Positions 27,606-36,512 of a DNA stretch of 64,000 nt are shown here, piece after piece. The notes under the pieces were generated by a model. It was not told the DNA's origin. It ran no database searches and worked only from the letters and a program-made list of their open reading frames with translations. Positions within the stretch are counted from its first letter, which is position 1; each line of letters opens with the position of its first letter. This DNA comes from Chloroflexota bacterium (GTDB taxonomy: Bacteria > Chloroflexota > UBA11872 > VXNJ01): assembly GCA_965261345.1 (NCBI GenBank), contig OZ253449.1:1824001-1888000 (forward strand), read 5' to 3'. The position numbers and the translations under genes are program-made.

Positions 27606-28753
27606 GGGTCGAGCATCCAGGCCGGCAGATTACGTTCAGCGACAAGCGCGCGCGCGCTTGTCAGCCCGCTGGCGGTAAGGCGCCAACCCAGGCTTGGCGA
27701 TCCGGAAGCCAGACCGGCCTCGGCGAGTTCCCGCAACGTACCGGTAAGCCGGCCCTGTCCCGGGGAACCGGCTTCGATGGCGGCGGCCGGGTGCGGGCGA
27801 TCGCCCTGCGGGTGGCGGATTTGCAGGGCCAGCATTGCGGTCAGGGCCATCTCGCGGCGAAAGCGCGAACGCTGGCGCATTTGCCGGATTTTCCGCGGCA
27901 GAATTCCATGCGCCGGCGCCAGCAGGATTGAACACAGAGCGATCGCTCCCAGCGTCAGAACCACCAGGGGGCCGGTGGCCAGTGCACCCCCCAGCGATGA
28001 GATAAACGCCCCGACGACCCCGGCAATCGCGCCGATTAACCCGCTGAGCAGGGCGACGGTTCGGAATCGGTCCGACCATTGACGGGCGGCTACGGCCGGC
28101 GCAACCAGCATCGCACTCATCAATATCACGCCGACGATCTTGAGCCCGATCGCAATCGTAATGACCAGCAGGATCACCAGAACAAGGTCGGTCCGGCGGA
28201 GTCTCAACCCTGCCACGGCGGCAAATTCGCGGTCAAAACAGAGGGCGGCGAAATCGTTCCAGCGCCACGTTGCCACCGCCAGCACCAGTCCGCCGGCTAG
28301 CGCTATCGTGACAACGTCGGCGGTAACGATCGCGGCCGCTTGACCGAACAGGAACGTGGATATTCCCGCCTGGGCTGCGTCCGAGCGGCTCTGGAACACC
28401 AATAGCACCATTCCAAGTCCGAACGCGGTTGAGAGAACCAAAGCCAGACTGGAATCAAACTTTATCGGGGTCGTATTTGCGGTATGGCTGATTACCGCCG
28501 CCGCCGCCAGCCCGGCCAGGGCGGCACCGACCAGCAGCGCCCAGGGCTCGCGCGGCCCGAAGATCATCGCCGCAATCACGACCCCTGGCAGGGTGGCGTG
28601 GGAAACCGCATCGCCAAGCAGGCTCTGGCCGCGGGCAACTGCGAAAGCCCCGATGATCCCGCTGACCAAGCCCATCGCCGCCGCCCCCAGGGCCACCGTG
28701 CGGAGGGTATGTCCGAGCAGTATTTCGGCGACGAATCCGGTCTCGATCTCCAT
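27602..28753 (-). CDS. Mn/Zn ABC permease (TroC/MntC-like) with C-terminal wHTH-like tail
   Basis: 'QSLLGDAVSHATLPG', 'FLFGQAA', 'CFDREFA' and 'VGVILMSAMLVAPAVAARQW'. Confidence 0.9.
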   Translation of the reverse strand: MEIETGFVAEILLGHTLRTVALGAAAMGLVSGIIGAFAVARGQSLLGDAVSHATLPGVVIAAMIFGPREPWALLVGAALAGLAAAAVISHTANTTPIKFDSSLALVLSTAFGLGMVLLVFQSRSDAAQAGISTFLFGQAAAIVTADVVTIALAGGLVLAVATWRWNDFAALCFDREFAAVAGLRLRRTDLVLVILLVITIAIGLKIVGVILMSAMLVAPAVAARQWSDRFRTVALLSGLIGAIAGVVGAFISSLGGALATGPLVVLTLGAIALCSILLAPAHGILPRKIRQMRQRSRFRREMALTAMLALQIRHPQGDRPHPAAAIEAGSPGQGRLTGTLRELAEAGLASGSPSLGWRLTASGLTSARALVAERNLPAWMLDP

Positions 28754-28757
28754 CGCG

Positions 28758-29507
28758 CTAGACCGGATCGGGCAGCAGCGGGTGCTTTACCCCGTAGGCG
28801 TGGGCCAGGTGTTCATTGGTAAACGCCGACTCGATCCGGCCGGCGGCGATGGCCGAGACGTTAAGGACTAATACGTGATCGAAATATTCGCGGACCGTGG
28901 CAAGGTCGTGATGGACCGCCAGCACCGTACCGTCGCGATCTTGGATACTGCGAAACAGGGCGGCGATGGACCGTTCGGAAACCGCGTCAATCCCCTGGAA
29001 CGGCTCGTCCAGGATGAACAGCTCGGCATCTTGGACGAGGGCGCGGGCCAGAAACACGCGTTGCTGCTGGCCGCCCGATAGGTCGGCGATATGGCGCTGG
29101 GCGAAGGCATCCATTTCAACCGCGGCCAGCGCATCCAGCGCTAGATCGCGATCGCGCTGCCCCGGCCGCCGCAGCCAGCCGAGATGACCGTAACGCCCCA
29201 TCAGGACAACTTCCAGCACGTTGATCGGAAAGTTCCAGTCAACCGTGTCGCGCTGGGGCACGTAGGCCAGTTGCGATGACCGGGACCCGCTATGGTCGCC
29301 GGTGACGATGCTGCCGGCGGCCGGCTTGACCAAGCCCAATATCGCCTTTAGCAGGGTCGACTTGCCGGCCCCGTTCGGTCCGACGATGGCCATCGCGGCT
29401 CCCCGAGGAACATCCAGGTCAATGTCCCATAACACCGGCCTGTCGCTATAGGCAACGGTCAGGTCGAACACCCTGATCGCGTATTGCAGGTTGTCGTTTT
29501 CGGTCAA
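28758..29507 (-). CDS. Mn/Zn ABC ATP-binding protein (TroB/MntB-like)
   Basis: GPNGAGKST, 'YVPQR..VDWNFP', [13 protein letters not shown] and 'VHHDL'. Confidence 0.93.
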   Translation of the reverse strand: MTENDNLQYAIRVFDLTVAYSDRPVLWDIDLDVPRGAAMAIVGPNGAGKSTLLKAILGLVKPAAGSIVTGDHSGSRSSQLAYVPQRDTVDWNFPINVLEVVLMGRYGHLGWLRRPGQRDRDLALDALAAVEMDAFAQRHIADLSGGQQQRVFLARALVQDAELFILDEPFQGIDAVSERSIAALFRSIQDRDGTVLAVHHDLATVREYFDHVLVLNVSAIAAGRIESAFTNEHLAHAYGVKHPLLPDPV

Positions 29508-30481
29508 CTCAAGGCCTCTGTGATGGTTGCAACGTTGGCGCGGTACATTCCCTCAAACGTCGCGGCCGCCGTGGCCGGAGGGCCCAGGGCGTCCGAGAAC
29601 AGCACCCCGCCGATCTGGACCGGGTGGCCGCGCGCCTGCGCCGCTTCAAGGACGGCCTGCATGGAATGGCCGGGGACGGAGCTTTCGACAAAGATCGCCG
29701 GAATCGACTCCTCGCTCAAAAAATTTGCGAGACGCTGCACGTCGGCCGCCCCGGCCTCCGTGGCGGTGGAGATGCCCTGCAGGCCGCGCACCTCGAACCC
29801 CCAGGCTCGCCCGAAGTAGCCGAACGCGTCGTGGGAGGTGACCAGGGTCCGCCGCTGCGGCGGAACCGCCGAAAGCATCTCACCGCTCCAATCGGCCAAT
29901 TCGGCGAGTTGCGTCCGGTAGTTTGCGGCGTTGGTCCGATAAGCGTGGGAGTTGCTGGGGTCTGCATCGACCAAGGCGGCCGCTACCGTGGCCAGGGCCT
30001 GATTCCAGAGTCCGAGGTCGAACCATACGTGGGGGTCGTAGCCTCCTTCAAATTGCCCGGTCCCGATCAGTCGGGCCGGGTCGATGTCGGCGGTAACGGC
30101 CACCGACCGGCGTCCCGGGCCATCAATGCCGGCCAGCACCTGGGCCAATCGTGCCTCGAGGTGGAGACCGTTGTACAGAATCAGGTCGGCCTGTTCCAGG
30201 CGCACAAGGTCGCCTTCGCTGGCTATGAACAGGTGGGGATCGGTGCCCGGTCCCATTAGCGCATGGACTCGGACGAGGTCGCCGGCAACATTGGTGACTA
30301 GGTCTTCGACCTGGGTGGTGGTGGCGACCACCTGCAGGCGCGGGTCCTTCGAGGCGTTTGGATTGCAGGCCGCCAGAATGCCCAAAAGCAAGCAGGCGAT
30401 GGCCACGATACGGATTAGTGGCGCGAGCCTTTGTCCTTGGCGATCGTCGCTGGCGGCAGGTGGTATGGAGGGCGCAATCAT
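29504..30481 (-). CDS. Mn/Zn ABC substrate-binding lipoprotein (TroA/MntA-like)
   Basis: Lipobox LAAC; metal ligands DPH, DPHVW, SHDAF and FSDALG, giving the His3-Asp set seen in TroA. Confidence 0.93.
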   Translation of the reverse strand: MIAPSIPPAASDDRQGQRLAPLIRIVAIACLLLGILAACNPNASKDPRLQVVATTTQVEDLVTNVAGDLVRVHALMGPGTDPHLFIASEGDLVRLEQADLILYNGLHLEARLAQVLAGIDGPGRRSVAVTADIDPARLIGTGQFEGGYDPHVWFDLGLWNQALATVAAALVDADPSNSHAYRTNAANYRTQLAELADWSGEMLSAVPPQRRTLVTSHDAFGYFGRAWGFEVRGLQGISTATEAGAADVQRLANFLSEESIPAIFVESSVPGHSMQAVLEAAQARGHPVQIGGVLFSDALGPPATAAATFEGMYRANVATITEALS

Positions 30482-30490
30482 AAACGCAGT

Positions 30491-30505
30491 TAATAACTAT
30501 TTACA
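30491..30505. promoter_or_regulatory. Putative Fur-family (Zur/Mur/Fur) 7-1-7 operator with adjacent -10
   Basis: TAATAAC-T-ATTTACA (10/14 match to TGATAAT-N-ATTATCA) lies between a minus-strand TAAAAT -10 (30512-30517) and the troA ATG (30481). It is an AT-rich patch in a GC-rich genome. Confidence 0.5.
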
Positions 30506-30776
30506 ACTGGGATTTTAGCCCGATTGGGTCTGGCAATCGGTTCGGGTGGTGGATCAAACGCGTTGATCCGGGCCGGCCGCAGGGTCTACGGCCGCGGGAA
30601 TTTAATTGTTTTGAGGGTCGATTAAGCAGGCGGCTTTCACCGCCGGCCTGGTGTTAGCGCATCAACGGCCGGTGACCGTGATCGCTCCGATCGGCTTGTC
30701 CGGAGAATGGAGTCAAGGGCTCTGGTCGCCGGCGCTGCTCCCCGGCTGGGCGGTGCCGATTGCCGGCCGGCGCGGG

Positions 30777-31322
30777 CTAGTAGCGGGCCAACCGCCAAAA
30801 TACGGCCGCCACACCGGCGAGCAAAAAGAAACCCGAATTGACGACCAGGGCCACGTACAGGATTGGCAGCTCCTCCAACGACACCGCCGCGGTTCCGACC
30901 ACCCCTAGCACGGTGGCCAATGCGGCCAGCAAAGATCCGGCCAATACGCCCTGGATGATCGAACCTATCCCGAGCCAGCGGGCACGCCCGGTCTCAAGTC
31001 GGGCCCCGGTGCGTATTCGCTCGCCGATAAACCAGCCGGCGCCGACGCCGGCGATCAGGGCCAGTGGCGAACTGAAGTCAAAGTTGGCAACGAGAAGGAA
31101 GATCACATTGGCGGCGGTGGCGATTCCGATCAAGGTCAACGATTCCTTGAGGGCACGCCGGCGGCGAGCTTTGTCCGGAGGTAGCTGGCCCAGGCATTCA
31201 AAGCAGATCAATCCGGCGTCCACTCGCTGCAGACAGTCCTGGCAGTAGGGGCGCGAACAGCGGATGCATTCCAACAGGGTCGCCTGCCCACAGTGTGAGC
31301 AGAGAGATCCGGCGTCAGCCAC
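30777..31322 (-). CDS. B-box-like zinc finger membrane protein
   Basis: N-terminal CSHC-x7-CIRC-x4-CQDC-x9-CFEC followed by about 4 TM helices; last gene of the cmk-der-plsY run. Confidence 0.7.
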   Translation of the reverse strand: MADAGSLCSHCGQATLLECIRCSRPYCQDCLQRVDAGLICFECLGQLPPDKARRRRALKESLTLIGIATAANVIFLLVANFDFSSPLALIAGVGAGWFIGERIRTGARLETGRARWLGIGSIIQGVLAGSLLAALATVLGVVGTAAVSLEELPILYVALVVNSGFFLLAGVAAVFWRLARY

Positions 31323-31333
31323 CGCCCCAGCCC

Positions 31334-31999
31334 CTATTGGCGCGGCGAGCGCGAGCGCTTAAAGTACGTCGGCCAGGCCGCCAATTGCAATTCGTTGCCG
31401 GCCAACAGTCGTTTAAGGTTGTCAAAGTGCCGCCAAATAATGAGGGCGCTACCGAGTCCCACGTAGATCATTCCCCACGGAGACTGCCATAGGCCGGTAA
31501 AGTACAGCGTGAACGCTAAGACCACGGCGATCAGGGTCCCCAGCAGCGAACCCAGCGAAACGTAGCGGATCGCCACAACCAATGCCACGCCGGCCACGAC
31601 CGCCACAACCACTACCACCGGGTATATGACCAGTCCGGCTCCAATCCCAGTGGCCACGCCACGGCCGCCGGTAAATCGGTTAAATACCGACCAGTTGTGA
31701 CCGATTACCGCGGCCAAGGCGGCGATCGCCTGGATTTCGGGATGGTTCGGGAACAGTAGACCGGGAATTAGGGCCGCGAGAATGCCTTTTATCACGTCGG
31801 CGGCCAGGATCAGTCCGCCAGCCGCCGGTCCAACCACTCGCAGGGCGTTGGTGGCGCCGTAGTTGCCGGATCCGGCCGAGGACAGATCTGCGCCGAACAG
31901 GCCGCTGGCCACTAAACGGGCGATCGGCACCGCACCCAATAGGTAGGCCGCCAGCGTGGTGATGGTCAGGGCAAGAATTGAAGAAATGTCAGTGCTCAC
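31334..31999 (-). CDS. plsY: Glycerol-3-phosphate acyltransferase PlsY
   Basis: 'YLLGAVP', 'GSGNYGATNALR', 'DVIKG', 'GHNWS.F..FTGGRGVAT' and 'RHFDNLKRL..GNE'. Confidence 0.95.
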   Translation of the reverse strand: MSTDISSILALTITTLAAYLLGAVPIARLVASGLFGADLSSAGSGNYGATNALRVVGPAAGGLILAADVIKGILAALIPGLLFPNHPEIQAIAALAAVIGHNWSVFNRFTGGRGVATGIGAGLVIYPVVVVVAVVAGVALVVAIRYVSLGSLLGTLIAVVLAFTLYFTGLWQSPWGMIYVGLGSALIIWRHFDNLKRLLAGNELQLAAWPTYFKRSRSPRQ

Positions 32000-32002
32000 T
32001 GC

Positions 32003-33328
32003 TTATCGCCTGCCCGGTGTCGCGTCGCCGTGCGAGCTCCGCACGATCATTCGCACCACTGATCCTTCAAGCTTAAATTGGCGCCGCAGGCCGTTTTCCA
32101 GAAAGCGTAGATAGGTGCGGTGGATGTGCCGTGGGTTTGAGAAAAACAGGTTGAAGGTCGGGGGATTGTTGCGCGTCTGGGTGGCGTAACGCAGACGCGA
32201 CGTTTGTCCCCGAGGGCCGCGCGCGCTGCGGCGGTCGGCCAGGGCCAGCAGGCAGCGGTTGACCTGGCTGGTCGGAATCCGGCGCGAGCGATTTGTGTAG
32301 ACGGTCAGCCCGTGGGTAAGGACCGCACCGACTCCGCGCCCGGTCAGCGCCGAAATCTGGGCCAACGGAGCATGGGGAATAAACCGCAGACGGACCTGCA
32401 GCGAATCCTCGAATCGGTGCCAGGCGGTCACGTCGTCAACTAGCAAGTCCCACTTGTTGGCCACCATCACCACGCCACAACCGCATTCGGCGGCGAATCC
32501 AACGATATGGGCGTCCTGGGCGGTTACGCCTTCGCTGGCGTCAACAACCACCAAACACACGTCGGCCCGTTCGATAGCGCGCAGTGAACGCACGACCGAA
32601 TAGCGTTCAACCCCCCGGGTCACCCGACCGCGGCGGCGCAATCCGGCTGTATCGAGCAGGAGCAGTGGCCGACCGTCGAACTCGATGTGGGCGTCGACCA
32701 CGTCGCGGGTAGTACCCGGGATGGGGCTGGTCAGGGCGCGATCCTGTCCCAGTAAGCGATTGAGCAGGGTCGATTTACCGGTGTTGGGGCGGCCGACGAT
32801 CGCCAAGCGGGGAACGTTGGAGTCCTCCCCCTCCGGTTCGTCTTTTGGGGCGAATGTTGCAATATGGGCGAGCAGGGCGGTAATCCCGCGCCCGCGGCGC
32901 GCCGATATCGGCAGCGGATCACCCAGACCGAGGCGAAAGAATTCGGGTGACAACTGATCGCGCTCGGGCGAATCGCACTTGTTGGCCAGCAGCAGGCGCG
33001 GGATTTTCGACCGGCGGACCACGTTGGCCACCGCCATGTCCTGGGCGGTAACCCCCAGCGGCGCGTCGACGACCACCAGAAGCAGATCGGCCTCCTCGAC
33101 CGCGGCCCGTGCCAGTTCGTCGGCGGCCATTGCCAACTCGTCCCGCGGATCGGCGAATAATCCGGCGGTATCCACCAGCATGAAGCGAGCGTCGCGATGG
33201 TCCACCAGACGGTATGAGCGATCGCGGGTGGTCCCCGGGCGATCTTCGATGACCGCGCTGCGCGACCCCGTTATTCGATTAAAGAGCGAGGACTTACCGA
33301 CGTTGGCGGGCCCGATGAGGGCCACCAA
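32003..33328 (-). CDS. der: Ribosome biogenesis GTPase Der (EngA)
   Basis: Two tandem G domains (GPANVGKS, GRPNTGKS, GTTRD x2, DTAG x2, NKCD/NKWD) and a KH-like C-terminus. The start may be ATA at 33361. Confidence 0.97.
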   Translation of the reverse strand: MVALIGPANVGKSSLFNRITGSRSAVIEDRPGTTRDRSYRLVDHRDARFMLVDTAGLFADPRDELAMAADELARAAVEEADLLLVVVDAPLGVTAQDMAVANVVRRSKIPRLLLANKCDSPERDQLSPEFFRLGLGDPLPISARRGRGITALLAHIATFAPKDEPEGEDSNVPRLAIVGRPNTGKSTLLNRLLGQDRALTSPIPGTTRDVVDAHIEFDGRPLLLLDTAGLRRRGRVTRGVERYSVVRSLRAIERADVCLVVVDASEGVTAQDAHIVGFAAECGCGVVMVANKWDLLVDDVTAWHRFEDSLQVRLRFIPHAPLAQISALTGRGVGAVLTHGLTVYTNRSRRIPTSQVNRCLLALADRRSARGPRGQTSRLRYATQTRNNPPTFNLFFSNPRHIHRTYLRFLENGLRRQFKLEGSVVRMIVRSSHGDATPGRR

Positions 33329-33357
33329 CGGGGCCGGCGGGCGACCTGGAACCGGGT

Positions 33358-34728
33358 CTATTGGAGTTCGCCCTCGGCCGGGAACCGACCGGAAATATCG
33401 GCGCTGGCCCCGGGGGGCAACAGAGCGGCGATTTCGCGCATGATCTTCCAGCTGGCCCAGCTCGCGGCCTGCGAACCGGTCAAGCCAGGCGGACGCCGCA
33501 GGCGAAACGGTTTGCCAAATCGTAAAACGGTTGGCACCGGGTCGGGGCAGGCGAGTTTTGACAGGTCAAGCCGTTCCATTCCCAACACCGCGGCCGGGAC
33601 CACCATCGCCCCCGAGCGCAACGCCAAGAATCCGGCCCCAGGATGCGGGGGTTGCAGGCGGGTATTGCGCGAGCGCCTGCCCTCCGGGAACACGCACACC
33701 GCCTCGCCGTCGACTAAGGCCGCAAGCGCCCGCCGCAGTCCGCCGGTATCACCTCCGTCGCGCCGGGTCGGAATCGCTCGCAAGGCACCGACCGCCCAGC
33801 CGATCAGCGGCCGTTCAAAGAGAGCATCCTTGGCCAAAAAGCGCAGGTGCCGCGGGGCGTGGTGGGCCAGGAAATTTACGTCGGCATTGTGCACGTGACG
33901 CGGAGTGATGATCACTGGCCCGCGGCTGGGCACGTTAGCGGCGCCCTCGATGCGGATCGGATCGCAGTAAAGCCGCAGGTAAACGTCGAAGAATTCGGTG
34001 ACCGCATCCATTAGCAGGGCGTTGCCAAGCGGCCAGTTATCGGAGGCCTGGCAGTTTTTCCAGGCGCGCAGGATTGCCCGGCTGACCGCACGCGCCGGCA
34101 GTTGGTCGGTGTCCAGTTGGAGGGCCCCAGATGGAACTCGCAGCGGTGAACTCGCCCGGTTGCTGTCGAAATCGTCGCGCCGATCGATCTCGGTTTGCAA
34201 CCGGGCCAGCGGCATATGCTGGCCGCCGGCGCGTCTTGCTGACCGCAATCGCTGGGCCCGCACCGCGGCATCAGCGTCCAGATAAACCTTGAGCCCGGCC
34301 TCGGGGCAAACCGTCGTGCCCGCGTCCCGCCCCAACAGCACCGCACCGCCGCCGAGGAGCCCGCGCTGCTTTGGTAAGAGTGCTGCGCGCACCGACTCCT
34401 GTCGGGCAATTAACGGTACGGCTCGCTCGACCTGGTCCAGGTAGAGGTGGGCGCTCGTCGACGGCAGGCCGTGAACCAGCCGGCGACCGTTGATGCGCAA
34501 GGTTGGCCGTGGCCCGTTGCCAAGCGTGACCTGTAGGCTGGCGGCGTATTGAGTGGCCGCCGGTCCCTGGCCTGGGTCGCCGCTGGCCCTTAGGCATTCG
34601 TAGGCGACCGCACGGTAGATGAGGCCGGTATCGATCAGTGGTAGGCCCAGGCGATTGGCTACCGTTCGCCCGACCGTGGTCTTACCCGACCCTGATGGGC
34701 CGTCGATGGTAATGATCGGGTTCGGCAT
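33358..34728 (-). CDS. cmk: Cytidylate kinase fused to 1-acyl-sn-glycerol-3-phosphate acyltransferase (Cmk-PlsC)
   Basis: Cmk motifs IDGPSGSGKTT, DTGLIYRA, GRDAGTTVCP and RRDDFD. PlsC motifs HX4D (HVHNAD), 'FLAKDALF' and 'FPEGRRS'. Single uninterrupted frame. Confidence 0.9.
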   Translation of the reverse strand: MPNPIITIDGPSGSGKTTVGRTVANRLGLPLIDTGLIYRAVAYECLRASGDPGQGPAATQYAASLQVTLGNGPRPTLRINGRRLVHGLPSTSAHLYLDQVERAVPLIARQESVRAALLPKQRGLLGGGAVLLGRDAGTTVCPEAGLKVYLDADAAVRAQRLRSARRAGGQHMPLARLQTEIDRRDDFDSNRASSPLRVPSGALQLDTDQLPARAVSRAILRAWKNCQASDNWPLGNALLMDAVTEFFDVYLRLYCDPIRIEGAANVPSRGPVIITPRHVHNADVNFLAHHAPRHLRFLAKDALFERPLIGWAVGALRAIPTRRDGGDTGGLRRALAALVDGEAVCVFPEGRRSRNTRLQPPHPGAGFLALRSGAMVVPAAVLGMERLDLSKLACPDPVPTVLRFGKPFRLRRPPGLTGSQAASWASWKIMREIAALLPPGASADISGRFPAEGELQ

Positions 34729-34849
34729 CTGCTCTGGCTTCCAAGAACTTTTTGTAATTCGCAGCGGGGTGGCCCTGATTTTCCCAAGCCGCGCCTCAAT
34801 TCGATTCATCGAAGCGCCAAATATCATTGCCCTGAGTGATATACGCATC

Positions 34850-36472
34850 TTGGTGGCGCAATTGCAGTCCAATGTTTCGCGCGAAATAGCGCGCTATCTA
34901 CGGGGTCTTGGCGTACAGCGCGCCTACGGACTGCCCGGCGGCGAAGTCACCCACATAATCGACGCCATGGTGGCGGCGGGAATCGAATGGGTGCTGGTTC
35001 ACCATGAAGCGGCGGGAGCGCACATGGCCGACGCTGAATCGCAGCTGACCGGACGCCCGGCGGTCTGCGTATCGACGGTCGGACCGGGCGCGACCAATCT
35101 GGTAAACGGGGTCGCCAACAGCTTTCTGGAACGGAGCCCGGTAATCGCCTTGGTCGGCGAATTTGACGACGCCGAGCGGGCGACCACCGTTCACATGAAC
35201 GTCGATCTGCGGGCCCTGTTCGACCCGATCAGCGCCTATGTTGAGCGCGTCGACGCCGGCAACCTGGCCACGGTTTTGGCCCATACCGACAATGCCCTAC
35301 GAGCGCCGGTTCCCGGACCGGTGGCGTTGTTGATTTCAGCCCGTGACCAACGCCGCCCGGTTGACCAGTTGCAGCTGCCCGGTCCGGTCAGTGCGACCAC
35401 GCCCAAATCGGGTGCTGGCGAATTGGGCCGCCAATTTCGCAATGCCAGCGGTGCCAGTCTGGTGCTTGGCGTAGGCGCCCGGGAAAACGGATTGATCGAT
35501 GCGGTCCGGACCCTGGCGGCGGCCCATGATTTGCCGGTGGTAATTACACCCAAGGCCAAGGGTTGGATGCCAAGTGACGACCCCCGGTTTGGCGGAGTGT
35601 TGGCCTCATATGGTTCAAGCGGAGCCGAGCACCTGCTGGCCGAGTCCGATCTGATCGTAGCCGTCGGCCTTGATGGCACCGACCTAATCCGCCCCTGGAG
35701 ATTCGCCGCGCCGCTGCGATTGGGGGTCGCTGATCGCTACGATCAATCGGTCCCGGGTCGGCAGTTGATCTGCGACCCGCTGTTGACCCTGAGCGAATTG
35801 TGCGAGGTTGAATTACCTAGCTTCGGCGGCCTGGGGCGGGCCGCCGGCGCGCGCGCCGCCGCCGAGTGTGCCCGCACCACCGGCACGCTGGCGGCGCGCG
35901 CGTTGCCCGAGCATATGCACGGCGGGCTGGACCCAATCGATGCCCTGCGGGCGATCCGCCGGGCAGCCCCGCGGGAGGCGATTGCCACCTGCGATGTAGG
36001 GATGTTCAAGCTGGCAATATGCCAGTACTGGGACTCCTACCAGCCTGGCTCCTTTCTGGTCTCCAATGGGTTATCGACGATGGCCTACGGCCTGCCGGCG
36101 GCCAGCGCGGCGGCCTTGGCCCGGCCCGGACACCCGGTCGTCGCGCTGCTCGGCGACGGCGGACTGCTGATGGGAGCGGGCGAACTGGAGACTCTTTCCA
36201 GGCTGGATCTGCCGGTCACCGTGCTGGTGGCGGTCGATTCCTCAATGGCGCTAATTCGGCTCAAGGCCGAGGTGGACGGCCTGATCGAACAACCCAACGA
36301 CTTTCGGCCGGTTGACTATGTGGCGCTGGCCCGGTCGATGGGATTGGGTGGCCGACGGGTGAAAGACCTTGACCAGCTGCAGGCGGCGGTGGTGGACGGA
36401 ATCGCCGGAAATCGGCCGAATCTGATCGAGTTTCCGGTCGACTACTCGATCTACCGGAATATGGGCGGGTAA
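34850..36472 (+). CDS. Thiamine-diphosphate enzyme, acetolactate synthase-like
   Basis: 'YGLPGGE', 'HHEAAGAHMAD', 'GPGATN', 'DVG', 'SNGLSTMAYGLPAA' and ThDP motif GDGG. No ilvN/ilvH subunit adjacent. Start approximate. Confidence 0.88.
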   Translation: MVAQLQSNVSREIARYLRGLGVQRAYGLPGGEVTHIIDAMVAAGIEWVLVHHEAAGAHMADAESQLTGRPAVCVSTVGPGATNLVNGVANSFLERSPVIALVGEFDDAERATTVHMNVDLRALFDPISAYVERVDAGNLATVLAHTDNALRAPVPGPVALLISARDQRRPVDQLQLPGPVSATTPKSGAGELGRQFRNASGASLVLGVGARENGLIDAVRTLAAAHDLPVVITPKAKGWMPSDDPRFGGVLASYGSSGAEHLLAESDLIVAVGLDGTDLIRPWRFAAPLRLGVADRYDQSVPGRQLICDPLLTLSELCEVELPSFGGLGRAAGARAAAECARTTGTLAARALPEHMHGGLDPIDALRAIRRAAPREAIATCDVGMFKLAICQYWDSYQPGSFLVSNGLSTMAYGLPAASAAALARPGHPVVALLGDGGLLMGAGELETLSRLDLPVTVLVAVDSSMALIRLKAEVDGLIEQPNDFRPVDYVALARSMGLGGRRVKDLDQLQAAVVDGIAGNRPNLIEFPVDYSIYRNMGG

Positions 36473-36512
36473 GCGCCCCCGGGGGCGGCCTAACGCGGCC
36501 GCGCCGGCTGCC

